DNA of 64,000 nucleotides, taken from assembly GCA_021786315.1 (NCBI GenBank), contig JAJYNN010000002.1:204402-268401 (forward strand). The letters are read 5' to 3'. Below are positions 33,502 to 44,349 of this stretch, piece by piece. Under the pieces are notes generated by a model. The model ran no database searches. It was not told the origin of the DNA and saw nothing but the letters and a program-made list of their open reading frames with translations. Origin of the DNA: a bacterium. GTDB lineage: Bacteria; Patescibacteriota; Microgenomatia; Daviesbacterales; UBA10151. The position numbers were made by a program, and so were the translations under genes. The first letter of the stretch is position 1. The number at the start of each line of letters is the position of its first letter.

Positions 33502-34296
33502 TTAGATAGAGGCTAAATCAACCTTGACTCCGGGGCCCATACTGGGGGAAAGGGTTAATTTTTTGACCTTTGAACGGCCAATGGTGTTGTACAGGGCCTT
33601 GATATTGGCGCAAATCTCCTCCGGATTTTGGTCAACTTTACCAACCCCCAAGTGAATAACCTGTCCGTTAGGCTCGGTTTTATATTCAGTTTTTCCAGCT
33701 TGTAAATCAGCCACAGCTTTGGCTAAATTATCTGTGATGGTACCGTTTTTAGGGTTAGGCATTAAACCTTTTGGTCCCAAAACCCGGGCCAGTTTAGAAA
33801 GCTTAGGCATCCAGGCCGGGGTGGTAACCAAAACATCAAAATTGATCTTGTTCTTCTCGATTTCAGTGATGACCTCATCGTTGCCTACAATGTCTGCTCC
33901 GGATTTATCTGCGCCTTCTCCAAAAGCCAAAACTGTTAACTTTTTCCCGGCAGCAAAGGGGAGAGTGACCAATCCCCGGACGTTTTTGGCGCTGGTGTTC
34001 AAGTGTGCCTCGACAGTGCCTTTGAACTTGGAATAAGAGACCTCCTGGGCCAGCTTTACTGCCTCGTTTAGGGAGTATCTTTTAACTCTTTCCACCTTTT
34101 CCCGGGCTGACATGTAATTTTTACCATGGGTTTTGGGGGTAGCAGCAGCCTTTTTCTTGGCTCTCTTACTGACTTTCTCCTTGTCTGCTTTAGCCTCTTT
34201 TTTGGCAGGAGCTTCGGTTTCTATTGGTTGTTCTTCCACCTTCTTAGGCTCTTCAACTACACTGTCATCTATAATTTTTGTCTTAGTTTTTCCCAT
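33502..34296 (-). CDS. rplA: 50S ribosomal protein L1 with charged N-terminal extension
   Basis: VRGLVTLP, LGPKGLMPNPKNGT, SPSMGPGVKVD. Confidence 0.96.
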   Translation of the reverse strand: MGKTKTKIIDDSVVEEPKKVEEQPIETEAPAKKEAKADKEKVSKRAKKKAAATPKTHGKNYMSAREKVERVKRYSLNEAVKLAQEVSYSKFKGTVEAHLNTSAKNVRGLVTLPFAAGKKLTVLAFGEGADKSGADIVGNDEVITEIEKNKINFDVLVTTPAWMPKLSKLARVLGPKGLMPNPKNGTITDNLAKAVADLQAGKTEYKTEPNGQVIHLGVGKVDQNPEEICANIKALYNTIGRSKVKKLTLSPSMGPGVKVDLASI

Positions 34297-34725
34297 TTAT
34301 TTGGCCACCTTTACTCCCATGGAACGGGCTGCGCCTTCAACTAATCTCATAGCGGCTTCAATCTTTTTGGTGTTTAAATCAGGCATCTTAGCCTCGGCAA
34401 TCTTTCTGACCTGGTCTTGGGACAAGGTTCCGGCAACCTCTTTACCGACTTTTCCGGCGCCTTTTTCAATTCCTAAAGCCTTTTTGATCATCTCGGCTAC
34501 CGGCGGCTCTTTAGTAATAAAAGAGAAGGTCCGATCTTCGTAAACGGTGATGACAACCGGTAAGATATTGCCCCGTCTATCCTCAGTCTTTTCATTAAAA
34601 GCTTTGACGAATTCCATGATGGGAAGTCCATGCTGACCCAAAGCCGGACCTACAGGGGGAGCAGCGGTTGCCGCGCCCGCAGGAATATTTAATTTGATGT
34701 AAGTCTTAATCTTTTTTGCTGCCAT
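34297..34725 (-). CDS. rplK: 50S ribosomal protein L11
   Basis: [26 protein letters not shown]. Confidence 0.97.
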   Translation of the reverse strand: MAAKKIKTYIKLNIPAGAATAAPPVGPALGQHGLPIMEFVKAFNEKTEDRRGNILPVVITVYEDRTFSFITKEPPVAEMIKKALGIEKGAGKVGKEVAGTLSQDQVRKIAEAKMPDLNTKKIEAAMRLVEGAARSMGVKVAK

Positions 34726-34729
34726 AGTA

Positions 34730-35311
34730 TTAGAGTTTCGCTACTTGTAAGAAGTCAAGCTCAACTGGGGTTTCGCGTCCAAAGATGGAAACCAGGACCT
34801 TAACCTTACCCCGTTCCTTGTCAACGGAATCAACTTTACCAATAAACTCTGCAAAAGGACCGTCAACGATTTTAACGGTGTCACCCTCGGAAAATACAGT
34901 TTTGTAGGTGGGTTGGCCGCCCTGTTGCATGAATTTGACGATTGATTGAACTTCAGATTCAGGAATAGGAGTTGGCTTATTGCTCATACCGATAAAGGAG
35001 GTGACTCCTTGGGTGGTGCGGACTGCCAGCCAGGAAGTGTCATCCAAAACCATCTTTACCAGGATATACCCAGGGAAGATTTTTTCCTTAACATTTTCCT
35101 TTTTGCCTCCACGGATTTCAATTTTTTCCTGGGTGGGGACTAAAACTTCGATGATTTTGTTCTCTAGGTGTTCGGCTTCTACACGCTGCTTTAAGGCGGC
35201 AGCAACCTTGTTCTCGTGGCCGGAGTAGGTGTGAACCACATACCAGCGTGCCCCTTCAACGGGGTTGTCTTTAACTTCTTCCGGTACTTGTATCTTATTG
35301 TCTTCGTCCAT
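34730..35311 (-). CDS. nusG: Transcription elongation factor NusG
   Basis: [32 protein letters not shown]. Confidence 0.97.
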   Translation of the reverse strand: MDEDNKIQVPEEVKDNPVEGARWYVVHTYSGHENKVAAALKQRVEAEHLENKIIEVLVPTQEKIEIRGGKKENVKEKIFPGYILVKMVLDDTSWLAVRTTQGVTSFIGMSNKPTPIPESEVQSIVKFMQQGGQPTYKTVFSEGDTVKIVDGPFAEFIGKVDSVDKERGKVKVLVSIFGRETPVELDFLQVAKL

Positions 35312-35315
35312 ATCT

Positions 35316-35501
35316 TTACTTGTTAATAACTAAACCTAAGAGGTTCGTCAGTAAATAATCAATTCCGCCAACAAAAAAGCCTACAATAACTGTTACTAAA
35401 ATAACAATTACCGTAAGCCGGATTGTCAAGTCTGGACTAGGCCAAACTACTTTAGACAATTCTACCTTAACTGAGGCTATAAAATCAAGTACTGTGTGCA
35501 T
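35316..35501 (-). CDS. secE: Preprotein translocase SecE
   Basis: ELSKVVWP + single TM; upstream of nusG. Confidence 0.92.
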   Translation of the reverse strand: MHTVLDFIASVKVELSKVVWPSPDLTIRLTVIVILVTVIVGFFVGGIDYLLTNLLGLVINK

Positions 35502-35560
35502 ACTGCTAATATTACCATATTGCTAGCTTGGGCTCTAGGGAGTATATTCTGGGTGCAATA

Positions 35561-35628
35561 GATTTAGGATTTAGGAATTAAGAATAAAAAGCCGAAATCT
35601 TAAATCTGCATTCTTAAATCTTAATTCT
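35561..35628. repeat. Family C-like heptad inverted array
   Basis: gatttag gatttag gaattaa gaat...aaatctt aaatctg cattctt aaatctt aattct. Confidence 0.65.
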
Positions 35629-35632
35629 CGCT

Positions 35633-36040
35633 ATGAAGAAACATCTTGCCATCATGAACAAACAGACCATTGAAGCAATCCTTGGTGGGGTAAAAACTGT
35701 TGAAACCCGCTTTTCCAAAGCCAAAATTGCCCCTTTTAACCAAATTTCTTCCGGAGATTGGGTGTTTATGAAACCTCCCGGAGAGGAGCCGGTCGGTCAA
35801 TTCCGGGTTAAAAAAGTGTTCAATTTTGAAGGGTTAACTGAGGATGATGTTAAAAAAATATTTAGGGACTATGGAGACCAAATTGCTATAGGCAACAAAG
35901 AGGAAGATGAGCAATACTTAAAACAAAAACTGGGTTCTAGATACGGCACCTTAATTTTTATCTCCGAATCCGAACGTTTTATTATTTCTCCGGTAAAGAT
36001 CAAAAAATCTGATATGCGTGGTTGGATGGTGCTGGAATAG
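35633..36040 (+). CDS. ASCH/PUA-like domain protein
   Basis: HLAIM...AILGGVKTVETR...GDWVFMK. Confidence 0.8.
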   Translation: MKKHLAIMNKQTIEAILGGVKTVETRFSKAKIAPFNQISSGDWVFMKPPGEEPVGQFRVKKVFNFEGLTEDDVKKIFRDYGDQIAIGNKEEDEQYLKQKLGSRYGTLIFISESERFIISPVKIKKSDMRGWMVLE

Positions 36041-36043
36041 AGA

Positions 36044-36778
36044 TTATTTAATTTCGTAGCTTAAGGTAACGGTTAAATCAACCTGGTTGGAACCCGGTTC
36101 AAGGTTTGTTTCGGTTTTTGCTGAGCCTACTGCCTGCAGCATCGGGATCGGTCGGGGAGAACCCCCGCTGCCTTCTGAGTAATTAACAATCTTTCCTAAG
36201 GAAAAACCGGCAATTTGAGCTGCGTCAGCTGCCTTTTTCTTGGCATCTGCTACGGCCAATCTTCTGGCCTCGTTTAAGGCGGAGGTTTTATCGGTTACAT
36301 CAAAACCCAAATTATTGACGTTGGTCGCCCCGGCGCCGGTCATGGCGTCAATTACCTGGCCGGCCTTGTTTACATCCCGCACTTTGACCGTTAAATTGGT
36401 GCTGCCGGAAAAGCCGGTGGCCTTTTGGCTGCCGCCATTGTAATCATAAGTCGGATTAACGTTGTAGTTGGCTGTCTGGATATCTTTAGCATCAATCCCA
36501 ATCTTTTTTACAGCCTCAGAAATCCTGGAAGCGGTGGAGTTAATTTGGTTCTGAACGGCAGCTTCCGAGGCGCCGGTGGCAGAAACTCCTCCCTGGATAG
36601 TGGCACTGTCAGGCTTGGCTTCAGCTTTGCCTTCCCCGGTGACATCAAAGGTGGTGGATTTGGTGGTTGAGGTGGAACTGACGGAAAAAGGCAGGGGACC
36701 GGCGACTTTGGTATAGGCAAAAAGAAGAACAAAAAAGACAGCTAAGGTAATAATTTGGGCACCGACTTGTCTTAACAC
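36044..36778 (-). CDS. SIMPL (DUF541) domain protein
   Basis: VTGEGKAEAKPD, KDIQTANYNVNPTY, ARRLAVADAKKKA. Confidence 0.88.
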   Translation of the reverse strand: MLRQVGAQIITLAVFFVLLFAYTKVAGPLPFSVSSTSTTKSTTFDVTGEGKAEAKPDSATIQGGVSATGASEAAVQNQINSTASRISEAVKKIGIDAKDIQTANYNVNPTYDYNGGSQKATGFSGSTNLTVKVRDVNKAGQVIDAMTGAGATNVNNLGFDVTDKTSALNEARRLAVADAKKKAADAAQIAGFSLGKIVNYSEGSGGSPRPIPMLQAVGSAKTETNLEPGSNQVDLTVTLSYEIK

Positions 36779-36822
36779 CTTACTTTTAATCTAACAGGAA
36801 GAAGAGATCTTTGCAACTAGAA

Positions 36823-39216
36823 TTACTGGGTTGTTTGGCTGGGGGAAAGGACTGAAAAGAGGTTAGCGGAAGTCATATTACTGGCCTCGACTCCGGTGGT
36901 GGGGCTGACTTTTTGGTAGCCGATGACTGTTTTGGATACCTGCCCGGCAATCCCTAAGTCCCTATTCCCGTCAACCGTGGTTTCAATAATCCCCTCAGGC
37001 TGTTTGAAAGCTATATCCGGTTTGCCCCGAAGTAAATTATCCATTAGATCCCGCCAAATGGGGGTGGCTCCGGTAATTCCGGAAGATAGAGTCGGATCCA
37101 TTGGGGAATAATCGTTATTTCCCACCCAGGCGCCAACGACATATTCCGGGGTATAGCCGAAAGCCCAGTTGTCCCGTTTATCATCTGAAGTTCCGGTCTT
37201 GACAGCGACGGTGTGATCGGGAATATAAAGCTGGGAATTGGCCCCAAAAGCCGGAGTCCGGGCCCGGTTGTCAGATAAGACATTATTTAAAAGGTAGGCC
37301 ACCTCTTCGGTTAAAACTCTTTGTCCGGGATCATTTCGGTGGTCCTCTAAAACATTGCCTGAAGAATCGGTAACTGTCAGAATTGCCTGAGGTGCAAAGT
37401 GGACGCCACCGGAAGCCAAAGTCCCGTACACTCCCATCATCTCGATCATCCGGACAGCTTCACCCCCTAAAGTCAGAGACAATCCATACTCGGAAGTCCG
37501 GTTAAAGGTTGTAATACCCATATCTTTGGCTGTCTGGACCATAGCCGGAATGCCTACAATTGCCAGGGTCCGGACGGCGGGGATATTGTAGGAAGATCCA
37601 AGGGAAGTTCTGATGGGAACTGCGCCGTGGTACCTGCCGTCGTAATTTACCGGGGAATATCCTTGTCCCCAAGGGTTGGTGTAGGTCACGGGGGCATCCA
37701 GGATTACATTTCCCGGGGTCATGCCCTGTTTAAAGGCGGTGGCGTAAGTTACAACTTTGATGGAAGAGCCGGGTTGGCGTAGGGCTAAGGCGACGTTGTA
37801 GTTTCCGCCGGAAGGATCAAAGTAGTTTTTGGAGCCTACCATGGCTAAAATCCTGCCGGTTCTGGCATCGGTGATCATTGCTGCCCCGTTTCCGACTTTT
37901 AAGTCTTTCAGTTTATCAACTTCGGTGGCGACAACATTTTCCGCCATTTCCTGTAAATCAAGATCCAGGGTGGTGACAACCTTCAACCCCCCCTGGGAAA
38001 CGACTTTTTCCCCGTATCTTTGGGCCAGAAGATCCCGGACATACATTACAAAATGGGGGGCTTTGATATTGGTGACCGGGGGCTGGAAGGCAAGCTGGTC
38101 AGAGGATGCCTTGTCTGCATCTTTTTGGGAAATATACCCATCCTCAACCATTCTTCTTAAAACTTCCTGCTGCCTTTCCCGGCCCTTTTCGGGGTGGGTT
38201 CCGTAAGGGGAGTATTCACTGGGGGCAGCGGGTAAACCTGCCAGGTAAGCGCTTTCGGCCAAGCTTAAGTCTTTGGCGTCTTTGCCAAAATACATCTTGG
38301 CGGCAGCCTGCACTCCCCAGGCTGGGCCGCCGTAAGGTGAACTGTTTAAGTACATTTCCAGGATCTGGTCCTTGGAGTAGATCCGTTCTGCCCAAAAAGC
38401 TAAAATGGCTTCCTTAATCTTGCGGGCAAAAGTTTTATCGGGGGTTAAAAGGGAATTTTTAGCCAGTTGCTGGGTTAAGGTCGATCCCCCCTGTAAAGGA
38501 TCAGCTTGATCGGAAACCAATACGCCTTGGGAAGATAAATTATGTTGGAGGGCCCGGGCGACTCCGGCGGGATCAATCCCGGGGTGGGTATAAAAATGCT
38601 TGTCCTCGATGGCAATTGTGGCTTGGATTAAATAAGGGGGAAGGTCGGAAAGTTTTACCGGCTGGCGGTTTCGGCCTTCATAAAGTTGGTACAAGACCCG
38701 GCCCTTGCGGTCTAAAATTGTGGTGGTGGAAGCGGTATTGGCAGTGATTAAAGATTCCGGGGAGGGGAGCTGGCTGGCAATTTTGGCCACACAAACTGAG
38801 TAAAAAATCAGGAGGAGAAAAACGCTCAAAGCAGCAATTCTTAAGCGGGAACGTTTAGGGATAATTTTATCAAAATTTTTCCTGGCCTTTCGCAGATAAA
38901 ATTCCTTAAAAGGTGTGGTCCGGGGACGGCCTCTTCCTTTTTTAAAACCTATTTTTCTCAAGGGCACCCCGTGCCTTGCGACAAGAAGTGCCCTTGCAAG
39001 AGGTCCAACGATGCCTCTTAACAATTGAATTGTCTTGATAAAAAGGAGAAGAGCTAGTAATCCAATGACCTGAAAAGGGATAAGGGGGGAAAATTTGAGC
39101 CACAAGCCCCCTCTTGTCGGATTTCTTTTTCTTTTGCTGGTAGAAGGTTGTGTTTTGCTCATTAACACCAGCTGGAGGGCAGTCCAAGGGGATTTTCCCT
39201 GCTCTCCTAACCTCAT
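36823..39216 (-). CDS. Class A penicillin-binding protein (transglycosylase/transpeptidase)
   Basis: IEDKHFYTHPG, GGSTLTQQLAKN, RQPGSSIK, SYN, KTGT; start may be ATG 39162. Confidence 0.93.
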   Translation of the reverse strand: MRLGEQGKSPWTALQLVLMSKTQPSTSKRKRNPTRGGLWLKFSPLIPFQVIGLLALLLFIKTIQLLRGIVGPLARALLVARHGVPLRKIGFKKGRGRPRTTPFKEFYLRKARKNFDKIIPKRSRLRIAALSVFLLLIFYSVCVAKIASQLPSPESLITANTASTTTILDRKGRVLYQLYEGRNRQPVKLSDLPPYLIQATIAIEDKHFYTHPGIDPAGVARALQHNLSSQGVLVSDQADPLQGGSTLTQQLAKNSLLTPDKTFARKIKEAILAFWAERIYSKDQILEMYLNSSPYGGPAWGVQAAAKMYFGKDAKDLSLAESAYLAGLPAAPSEYSPYGTHPEKGRERQQEVLRRMVEDGYISQKDADKASSDQLAFQPPVTNIKAPHFVMYVRDLLAQRYGEKVVSQGGLKVVTTLDLDLQEMAENVVATEVDKLKDLKVGNGAAMITDARTGRILAMVGSKNYFDPSGGNYNVALALRQPGSSIKVVTYATAFKQGMTPGNVILDAPVTYTNPWGQGYSPVNYDGRYHGAVPIRTSLGSSYNIPAVRTLAIVGIPAMVQTAKDMGITTFNRTSEYGLSLTLGGEAVRMIEMMGVYGTLASGGVHFAPQAILTVTDSSGNVLEDHRNDPGQRVLTEEVAYLLNNVLSDNRARTPAFGANSQLYIPDHTVAVKTGTSDDKRDNWAFGYTPEYVVGAWVGNNDYSPMDPTLSSGITGATPIWRDLMDNLLRGKPDIAFKQPEGIIETTVDGNRDLGIAGQVSKTVIGYQKVSPTTGVEASNMTSANLFSVLSPSQTTQ
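38960..38995. repeat. Degenerate family A palindrome in frame in PBP N-terminus
   Basis: AAGGGCACCCCGTG-ccttgcga-CAAGAAGTGCCCTT; encodes RALLVARHGVPL. Confidence 0.7.
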
Positions 39217-39330
39217 TGTAAGTGACTGAAATTAAAAAAGAAGGCTGATTAAAGATATCAAAAAGGGTCAAATAAACTCAAATTTTAAAATCCAAATTTT
39301 AAAATAATTTTAAAATTTAAAATTAAAAAT

Positions 39331-40353
39331 TTAGAATTGGGGCTTAAATAACCCCTTAGCATATTCCCAATATTCTGGATGGCCATGAAGTTTCATATAG
39401 TACCACCATTCAACACCCCAAAAGTATTGGTCCGAAAGCCTGGTCCATTTGGTAAAATCCACCACTTCTTTAAAGTTGTCTAAAGTGAAAAGCTTCATCT
39501 GTTCCGGAATAGGCATATCCAGAACTGATTTGCCGGGAGTCCAGGGTTCTGCTTGAAGCTCACTGACAAACACTCCCCGGGAAGATCCGGCAAAAATTAA
39601 TCTTGTCAGCTGGGCTTTTAAGTCGTAATACAGAGGCGGGAAGGGATAGCGGAAATAGCCAAAAAACGGGTTCCAAACAATACGGTATAAAGAGGTGCCC
39701 ATAATGTTCGAGTTCTGGAGAGCTGTAACCCAGGTTCCCAATTCTCCGGAATCAGTCAGGATAATTGGCCGGGAGTCGAGGGACCTTACTGATCCAACTT
39801 CTTCCTTTAAAAACGGTTCACCAAGCATCCGGCAGATCCCAAAATCCAAAAGCGGCTCGTTTTCTACCTGCCAGGCAACTATTTCCGGGTCATTTTTATA
39901 ATGGGTGACAGTTTCTTTGACCATCCTTAATACTTTTTGCTGCAAAAGGTTATTGTCCAGGCTATTGGCCCAAGGTGGGGTAGAACATTCAGGCCAGCGG
40001 GGAACTTTGTATCCGATTGCCAGAATTACTTGAGCTCCTCTTTCCTTAGACGTTTTTAACAGGTTGTCATATTCCGAAAAGTCAAACTTGCCGTCCTCCT
40101 TTTCAATAGTGTCCCAATAGACAGGCATTCGGACTTTTCTGGATCCTAGATCATCTAAGATTGCCTGGTATGTGGTTTGCAGGTCCAACCCTAAATACTT
40201 GGTATAGCTTACAGAAAAGGTGACCCCATAGGAGGGTTTAGGGGCGGGAATAAAGAGGCGGGTTAAAAAATCAGTGCCCCAAAAAAGGGCGAAAGCAATA
40301 AAGGTGATAAGCGCCAGAGCTATTAAATATTTTAAAACTTTATGCAGGCTCAT
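39331..40353 (-). CDS. Membrane-anchored clan GH-A glycoside hydrolase-like protein
   Basis: VRMPVYWDTIE..G.FDF, WQVENEP, SELQAEPW, WGVEWW. Confidence 0.8.
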   Translation of the reverse strand: MSLHKVLKYLIALALITFIAFALFWGTDFLTRLFIPAPKPSYGVTFSVSYTKYLGLDLQTTYQAILDDLGSRKVRMPVYWDTIEKEDGKFDFSEYDNLLKTSKERGAQVILAIGYKVPRWPECSTPPWANSLDNNLLQQKVLRMVKETVTHYKNDPEIVAWQVENEPLLDFGICRMLGEPFLKEEVGSVRSLDSRPIILTDSGELGTWVTALQNSNIMGTSLYRIVWNPFFGYFRYPFPPLYYDLKAQLTRLIFAGSSRGVFVSELQAEPWTPGKSVLDMPIPEQMKLFTLDNFKEVVDFTKWTRLSDQYFWGVEWWYYMKLHGHPEYWEYAKGLFKPQF

Positions 40354-41255
40354 TTGGCAAGAAGATATAACCCAAAGCTAATTACTGCTGCGCCTGTTGC
40401 TTTGCGCGTAACTACTCCTTTAGAGAGGGGCTCGTCCAGTAACCTGGGATTCTTTTTAGCTAAAACTAAGGAAACAAGGAGAATAACTAAATATTGCACC
40501 CCAAATAAGGCATTAACCAGGGCGGGATTGGCCAGTGAAACCCCGAAAGTAATTAAAGTTACCGAAAGTGCCCCCATAATTTGTCCGGCACCCAAAAGGA
40601 TCAGGGTGCTTTTGGAGGTCACGCCCTGGCCGGAACGGTTGACTTTAAAAATTTCCTTTCTTGCCTCGGGCAACAGCAGGAAGAAGAGGGCAAACCCTCC
40701 GGAGGCAAGCCGGCTGATGATAAAACCATTAAGGAAGCTGGTGCCCAAGAATGCCTGGCGGAGAAGGACATAAGAGACGCCAAAAAAGAAGCCGCTGGCA
40801 ACCATCAGCAAAAAGGGACGGCTAAGTTTGACTCCTTTGTCCCAATAATTCCAGGTTAAAATTAAGGTTCCGAACATCAAAATAAAGAAGGCGGTACGCT
40901 GGTCATGGGAAAGGATCTGGTTGAGGAAAAGCCCCCCGACAATCAAAGAGGTGAGTGGATTAAAGGTTCCCACTACCGGCCCGACAATAGAGGCTTCGGC
41001 CTCCCTCAAGCTGGAAAAGTAAGTATAAAAAGCTAGGATCCCTACCAGACCGGAGGCGACGGCAAAATAGGTGGGGGTATCAAGAGTCGGTTTAAAGCCG
41101 AAAGGAATTAAGAAAATAACTAAAAGCTGCAGAAGGTTAACGTAAAAGGTATAAACAACGGGATTGGGCAGACTGGTGCGGAGTAAGATTTTGTCCACCA
41201 AAAGAGCTCCGGCATTAAAAGCGTAAGCTATGATTGAAATCGGCAAGAAGCTCAT
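40350..41255 (-). CDS. EamA/DMT-like transporter
   Basis: About 10 TM helices in two repeats; EASIVGPV. Confidence 0.75.
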   Translation of the reverse strand: MSFLPISIIAYAFNAGALLVDKILLRTSLPNPVVYTFYVNLLQLLVIFLIPFGFKPTLDTPTYFAVASGLVGILAFYTYFSSLREAEASIVGPVVGTFNPLTSLIVGGLFLNQILSHDQRTAFFILMFGTLILTWNYWDKGVKLSRPFLLMVASGFFFGVSYVLLRQAFLGTSFLNGFIISRLASGGFALFFLLLPEARKEIFKVNRSGQGVTSKSTLILLGAGQIMGALSVTLITFGVSLANPALVNALFGVQYLVILLVSLVLAKKNPRLLDEPLSKGVVTRKATGAAVISFGLYLLAK

Positions 41256-42559
41256 TTCACCACCCCTATTCCGGGTATATCAATCACATCAGTAACATGA
41301 ATCCGGTGACCCAAAAACTTCATTAGCTCATGACGGATGCCATTGTGTTCAATAATATCTTTATAAATATAAGCTGAAGGTCGGGGAGTCCGCTTTTGAG
41401 TTTTGTAATCAACTTCCACTAGGCCGAAACGGGGGCTAAAACCGTCCGCCCATTCGAAGTTGTCCAAAAATGACCAGTAGAAAAAGCCTTTGACCTTAAC
41501 TCCTGCCTGGATTGCCCGGTAAACTTCCTGTAAATATTGCATGACGAACCTGATTCTTCGGTCATCATTGGAAGTGGCTATACCGCATTCGGTAATGTAA
41601 ATCGGCAGGCCGTCTTTCAAATCCGTTAAGACATCAAACATCCCTTCCGGAAAGATCTCCCAGCCAAGGTCAGAAACCTCTTTATTAAAGCTGCTGACGC
41701 TGACCGTAGAAGGGAACAGCCCCTTGTCTACCTGTAACCGGTTGTGGAAGTAATAGTTGATACCCAAAAAGTCGTGATATCCCTTAGTAAAGAAATAAAA
41801 AAGATGGTTAGTGGTCAAATCACTGACGATCACACCCAATTGTTCCCTTAAGGAGTGTTTGTGGAAGGCAGTGAATGATTGGACATTTTGAGCGATGCCT
41901 ACCTTAGCATCGGGAATAATCTGGTGAATAATTTTATATGCTTTTTTGTGGGCTCTGATTAAATTTCGAGTTGTTTTTAAAACTGCCAAATTACTTTTCT
42001 TTTGCGGTGGCCACTTGGCTTCAATGTAACTGCAATAAACCAACACCCCCGGTTCGTTAATGGTAATCCACAGGTTTACCAAATCCTTAATTTCTGGGAC
42101 AACCTTTTTGACAAACCTTTCAAAATATTTTGGGGATTTAAAATTTTCCCAGCCGCCTTTTTTGGCGAGCCATAAAGGCATTGTGAAGTGGTTTAAAGTC
42201 AGCATGACTTTAATATCACGGTCTTTTAATGCCTGAAGAACCTTTTTGTAGTGTTCGATTTCAGTTTCATCAAAGACCCCTTCTTCCGGCTCAATCCTGG
42301 CCCATTCAATCCCTAAACGGTGGGCATTTTGACCCAAGTTTTTGAGTAAATCAAAATCTTCTCCAAAGCGGTTATATTGGTCACAAGCTTCACCTGATTG
42401 GAACTCTTTTGGCTTTTTTTGTTCCCATTCCCACCAGTCAGAATTTTGGTTGTTGCCTTCAACCTGGTGGCCGGAGGTGGCTGATCCCCAGAGGAAACCT
42501 TCCGGGAAGGTGAGGGTAGCGTGGTCGTGCTTGGGAGGTGCTAGAGGTTCATCAGCCAT
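41252..42559 (-). CDS. GH1 beta-glucosidase
   Basis: FPEGFLWGSATSGHQVEG, TINEP, ITECG, WSFLDNFEW. Confidence 0.95.
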   Translation of the reverse strand: MADEPLAPPKHDHATLTFPEGFLWGSATSGHQVEGNNQNSDWWEWEQKKPKEFQSGEACDQYNRFGEDFDLLKNLGQNAHRLGIEWARIEPEEGVFDETEIEHYKKVLQALKDRDIKVMLTLNHFTMPLWLAKKGGWENFKSPKYFERFVKKVVPEIKDLVNLWITINEPGVLVYCSYIEAKWPPQKKSNLAVLKTTRNLIRAHKKAYKIIHQIIPDAKVGIAQNVQSFTAFHKHSLREQLGVIVSDLTTNHLFYFFTKGYHDFLGINYYFHNRLQVDKGLFPSTVSVSSFNKEVSDLGWEIFPEGMFDVLTDLKDGLPIYITECGIATSNDDRRIRFVMQYLQEVYRAIQAGVKVKGFFYWSFLDNFEWADGFSPRFGLVEVDYKTQKRTPRPSAYIYKDIIEHNGIRHELMKFLGHRIHVTDVIDIPGIGVVK

Positions 42560-42609
42560 CCTGCTTTTAGCATATCATAATATAAATATAAAAGTTGTAT
42601 GATAGAAGT

Positions 42610-43350
42610 ATGGTTAAGCTCCTGCCCCTGGGGTTAGTTGTGGTACTGATGTTGGGTGTACTGGTGTACATCAGGTTTAACCGGCAAATGCCCGCAAGCG
42701 TCAAACAAGCGGTAAGTAACGCCACATCCACCTCAACCGGCACATCCTCGCTTCTTCCCAGCAATACTTCTACGGATGATACTTCCCGAAGGCTGCGGGA
42801 TTTGGAGGAAGCGGTGGCCTTGTTAACCAAAAAAGTGACCTCTATTACCCCGGCTCCCAGCAATAGCGGAGCCAACTATACTTCTTCGTACAGTGACACC
42901 CAGATTAAATCCCTGCAGGATACTGTTGTCAATCTTCAAAAGCAGATTGATGATCTAAAAAGTTCCTCAACTACTACCACTGGTTCCAAGGCTGATATTT
43001 ATATTCCCTTGGGGTCGGGTGGGTCTTCCACTGCTCAGGACTGGTCGACTTTGGAAGGGTACCAGGTTTCCTTGGACCCGGCGGATTATCCCGGGTATAA
43101 AAGCATGCAGCTGGAAGTCAACGCCAAGTTAGCCCAATCCACGGGAACCGGGTATGTGCGTTTATATAATGTAACTGGTGGGTCAGCTGTTTCCTCTTCC
43201 GACGCTTCCACCGGAGCTTCGACTTATACCCTGGCCACCTCCGGCGCCTTCACGCTTCCTGCAGGCAGTAAAACCTACCAGTTACAACTTAAAACCAGCC
43301 AGGGTTTTGAGCTTTATATCCAGTCAGCCCGGATTAAGGTTAACTTTTAG
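42610..43350 (+). CDS. Hypothetical membrane-anchored protein (coiled coil + beta-sandwich)
   Basis: N-terminal TM, Ser/Thr-rich linkers; ORF track. Confidence 0.75.
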   Translation: MVKLLPLGLVVVLMLGVLVYIRFNRQMPASVKQAVSNATSTSTGTSSLLPSNTSTDDTSRRLRDLEEAVALLTKKVTSITPAPSNSGANYTSSYSDTQIKSLQDTVVNLQKQIDDLKSSSTTTTGSKADIYIPLGSGGSSTAQDWSTLEGYQVSLDPADYPGYKSMQLEVNAKLAQSTGTGYVRLYNVTGGSAVSSSDASTGASTYTLATSGAFTLPAGSKTYQLQLKTSQGFELYIQSARIKVNF

Positions 43351-43353
43351 GCA

Positions 43354-43393
43354 GCAAAAAGCCCCTTCGGGTAGACCTCGGGGGCTTGTTTGC
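43354..43393. terminator. Bidirectional hairpin terminator
   Basis: GCAAAAAGCCCC-n14-GGGGGCTTGTTTGC between convergent genes. Confidence 0.7.
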
Positions 43394-43440
43394 ACTCCAT
43401 ATTCAGTTATTGCGGAAAGCTCTCTTTGGAAGACGGGAAA

Positions 43441-44040
43441 CTACTTGAAGCGGCGTCCTTCGGTCACCGCTTTGACCATGGTTTCGAGGATAACCCCCTC
43501 GTGTTTCACTGTAAGGTTATGCAACCTTTCCAGCTTTCGTCGATGTTTTGTACAGGCACCGATTTTAACCTGAACATAATCAGGTTCGTACTCGCGGTAG
43601 TCGAGGCGTGCTCCTTGGGGGAACATGGCTACGACTCGTTCTCCTGCTTCTTTACACTGAACATATGCGGCGATGTTTCTGTGTAGACCTGTTTCCCCGC
43701 CGCAAACAAAGCATCCGGGGGTATAATCCCAGCCGATGCCCCGGGAGCGGAAGAACTCTCCTCCTAATTCGGGTCTTTTGTCAGGGGTCCCATGTTTGGG
43801 AATGCCCCATCGTGGGTGGTCAGTAAGCTTAGGATAGTAACTCCCAATACCGATGGTGGAACGTTTCACACCCTTGGCGAGTACAGCGTAAGTTTGGTGA
43901 CATTCGCCACAGGTAACAATAGACGTTCCTCCTCCGGAGATGGAAGAACTTCCTGAACGGTAGCCGCAGTAAGGGCAACCAAATTTTTCAACCTCTTCTC
44001 CTGCGACCGCAATGGGCTTGGTTTTTTCCTGTGTCATCAC
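43441..44040 (-). CDS. Hypothetical multi-zinc-finger protein
   Basis: CPYC, CGEC, CFVC, C..H; SD AAGGAG upstream. Confidence 0.75.
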   Translation of the reverse strand: MMTQEKTKPIAVAGEEVEKFGCPYCGYRSGSSSISGGGTSIVTCGECHQTYAVLAKGVKRSTIGIGSYYPKLTDHPRWGIPKHGTPDKRPELGGEFFRSRGIGWDYTPGCFVCGGETGLHRNIAAYVQCKEAGERVVAMFPQGARLDYREYEPDYVQVKIGACTKHRRKLERLHNLTVKHEGVILETMVKAVTEGRRFK

Positions 44041-44055
44041 TGCTCCTTCTCCTTC

Positions 44056-44301
44056 CTAAACCTTCAGTTGGATAACCTGTTTCAAGGTCTCGAAGTGGTT
44101 GGTACACAACTGGCCAACTGCAGCCATCTCGCTTTCGGCATAGTCGGCCGCGTCCGTGTCCACAAAATGGGCCTGATACCATTCTTCGTCAATCCGGTCA
44201 ACCATGATCAACCCATCCATGTGCAGTCTCGCCTGGTTGATCTGTAATGGGGTAGGGTAAGGTGCATCCGTGAGCTTTACTTGGACTATTAGCTGTGCCA
44301 T
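44056..44301 (-). CDS. Hypothetical protein
   Basis: ORF track; SD AAAGGAG upstream. Confidence 0.65.
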   Translation of the reverse strand: MAQLIVQVKLTDAPYPTPLQINQARLHMDGLIMVDRIDEEWYQAHFVDTDAADYAESEMAAVGQLCTNHFETLKQVIQLKV

Positions 44302-44349
44302 GAGTTTCTCTCCTTTTTCGCTATACAGGATTTGGATGTGCCTATTGGG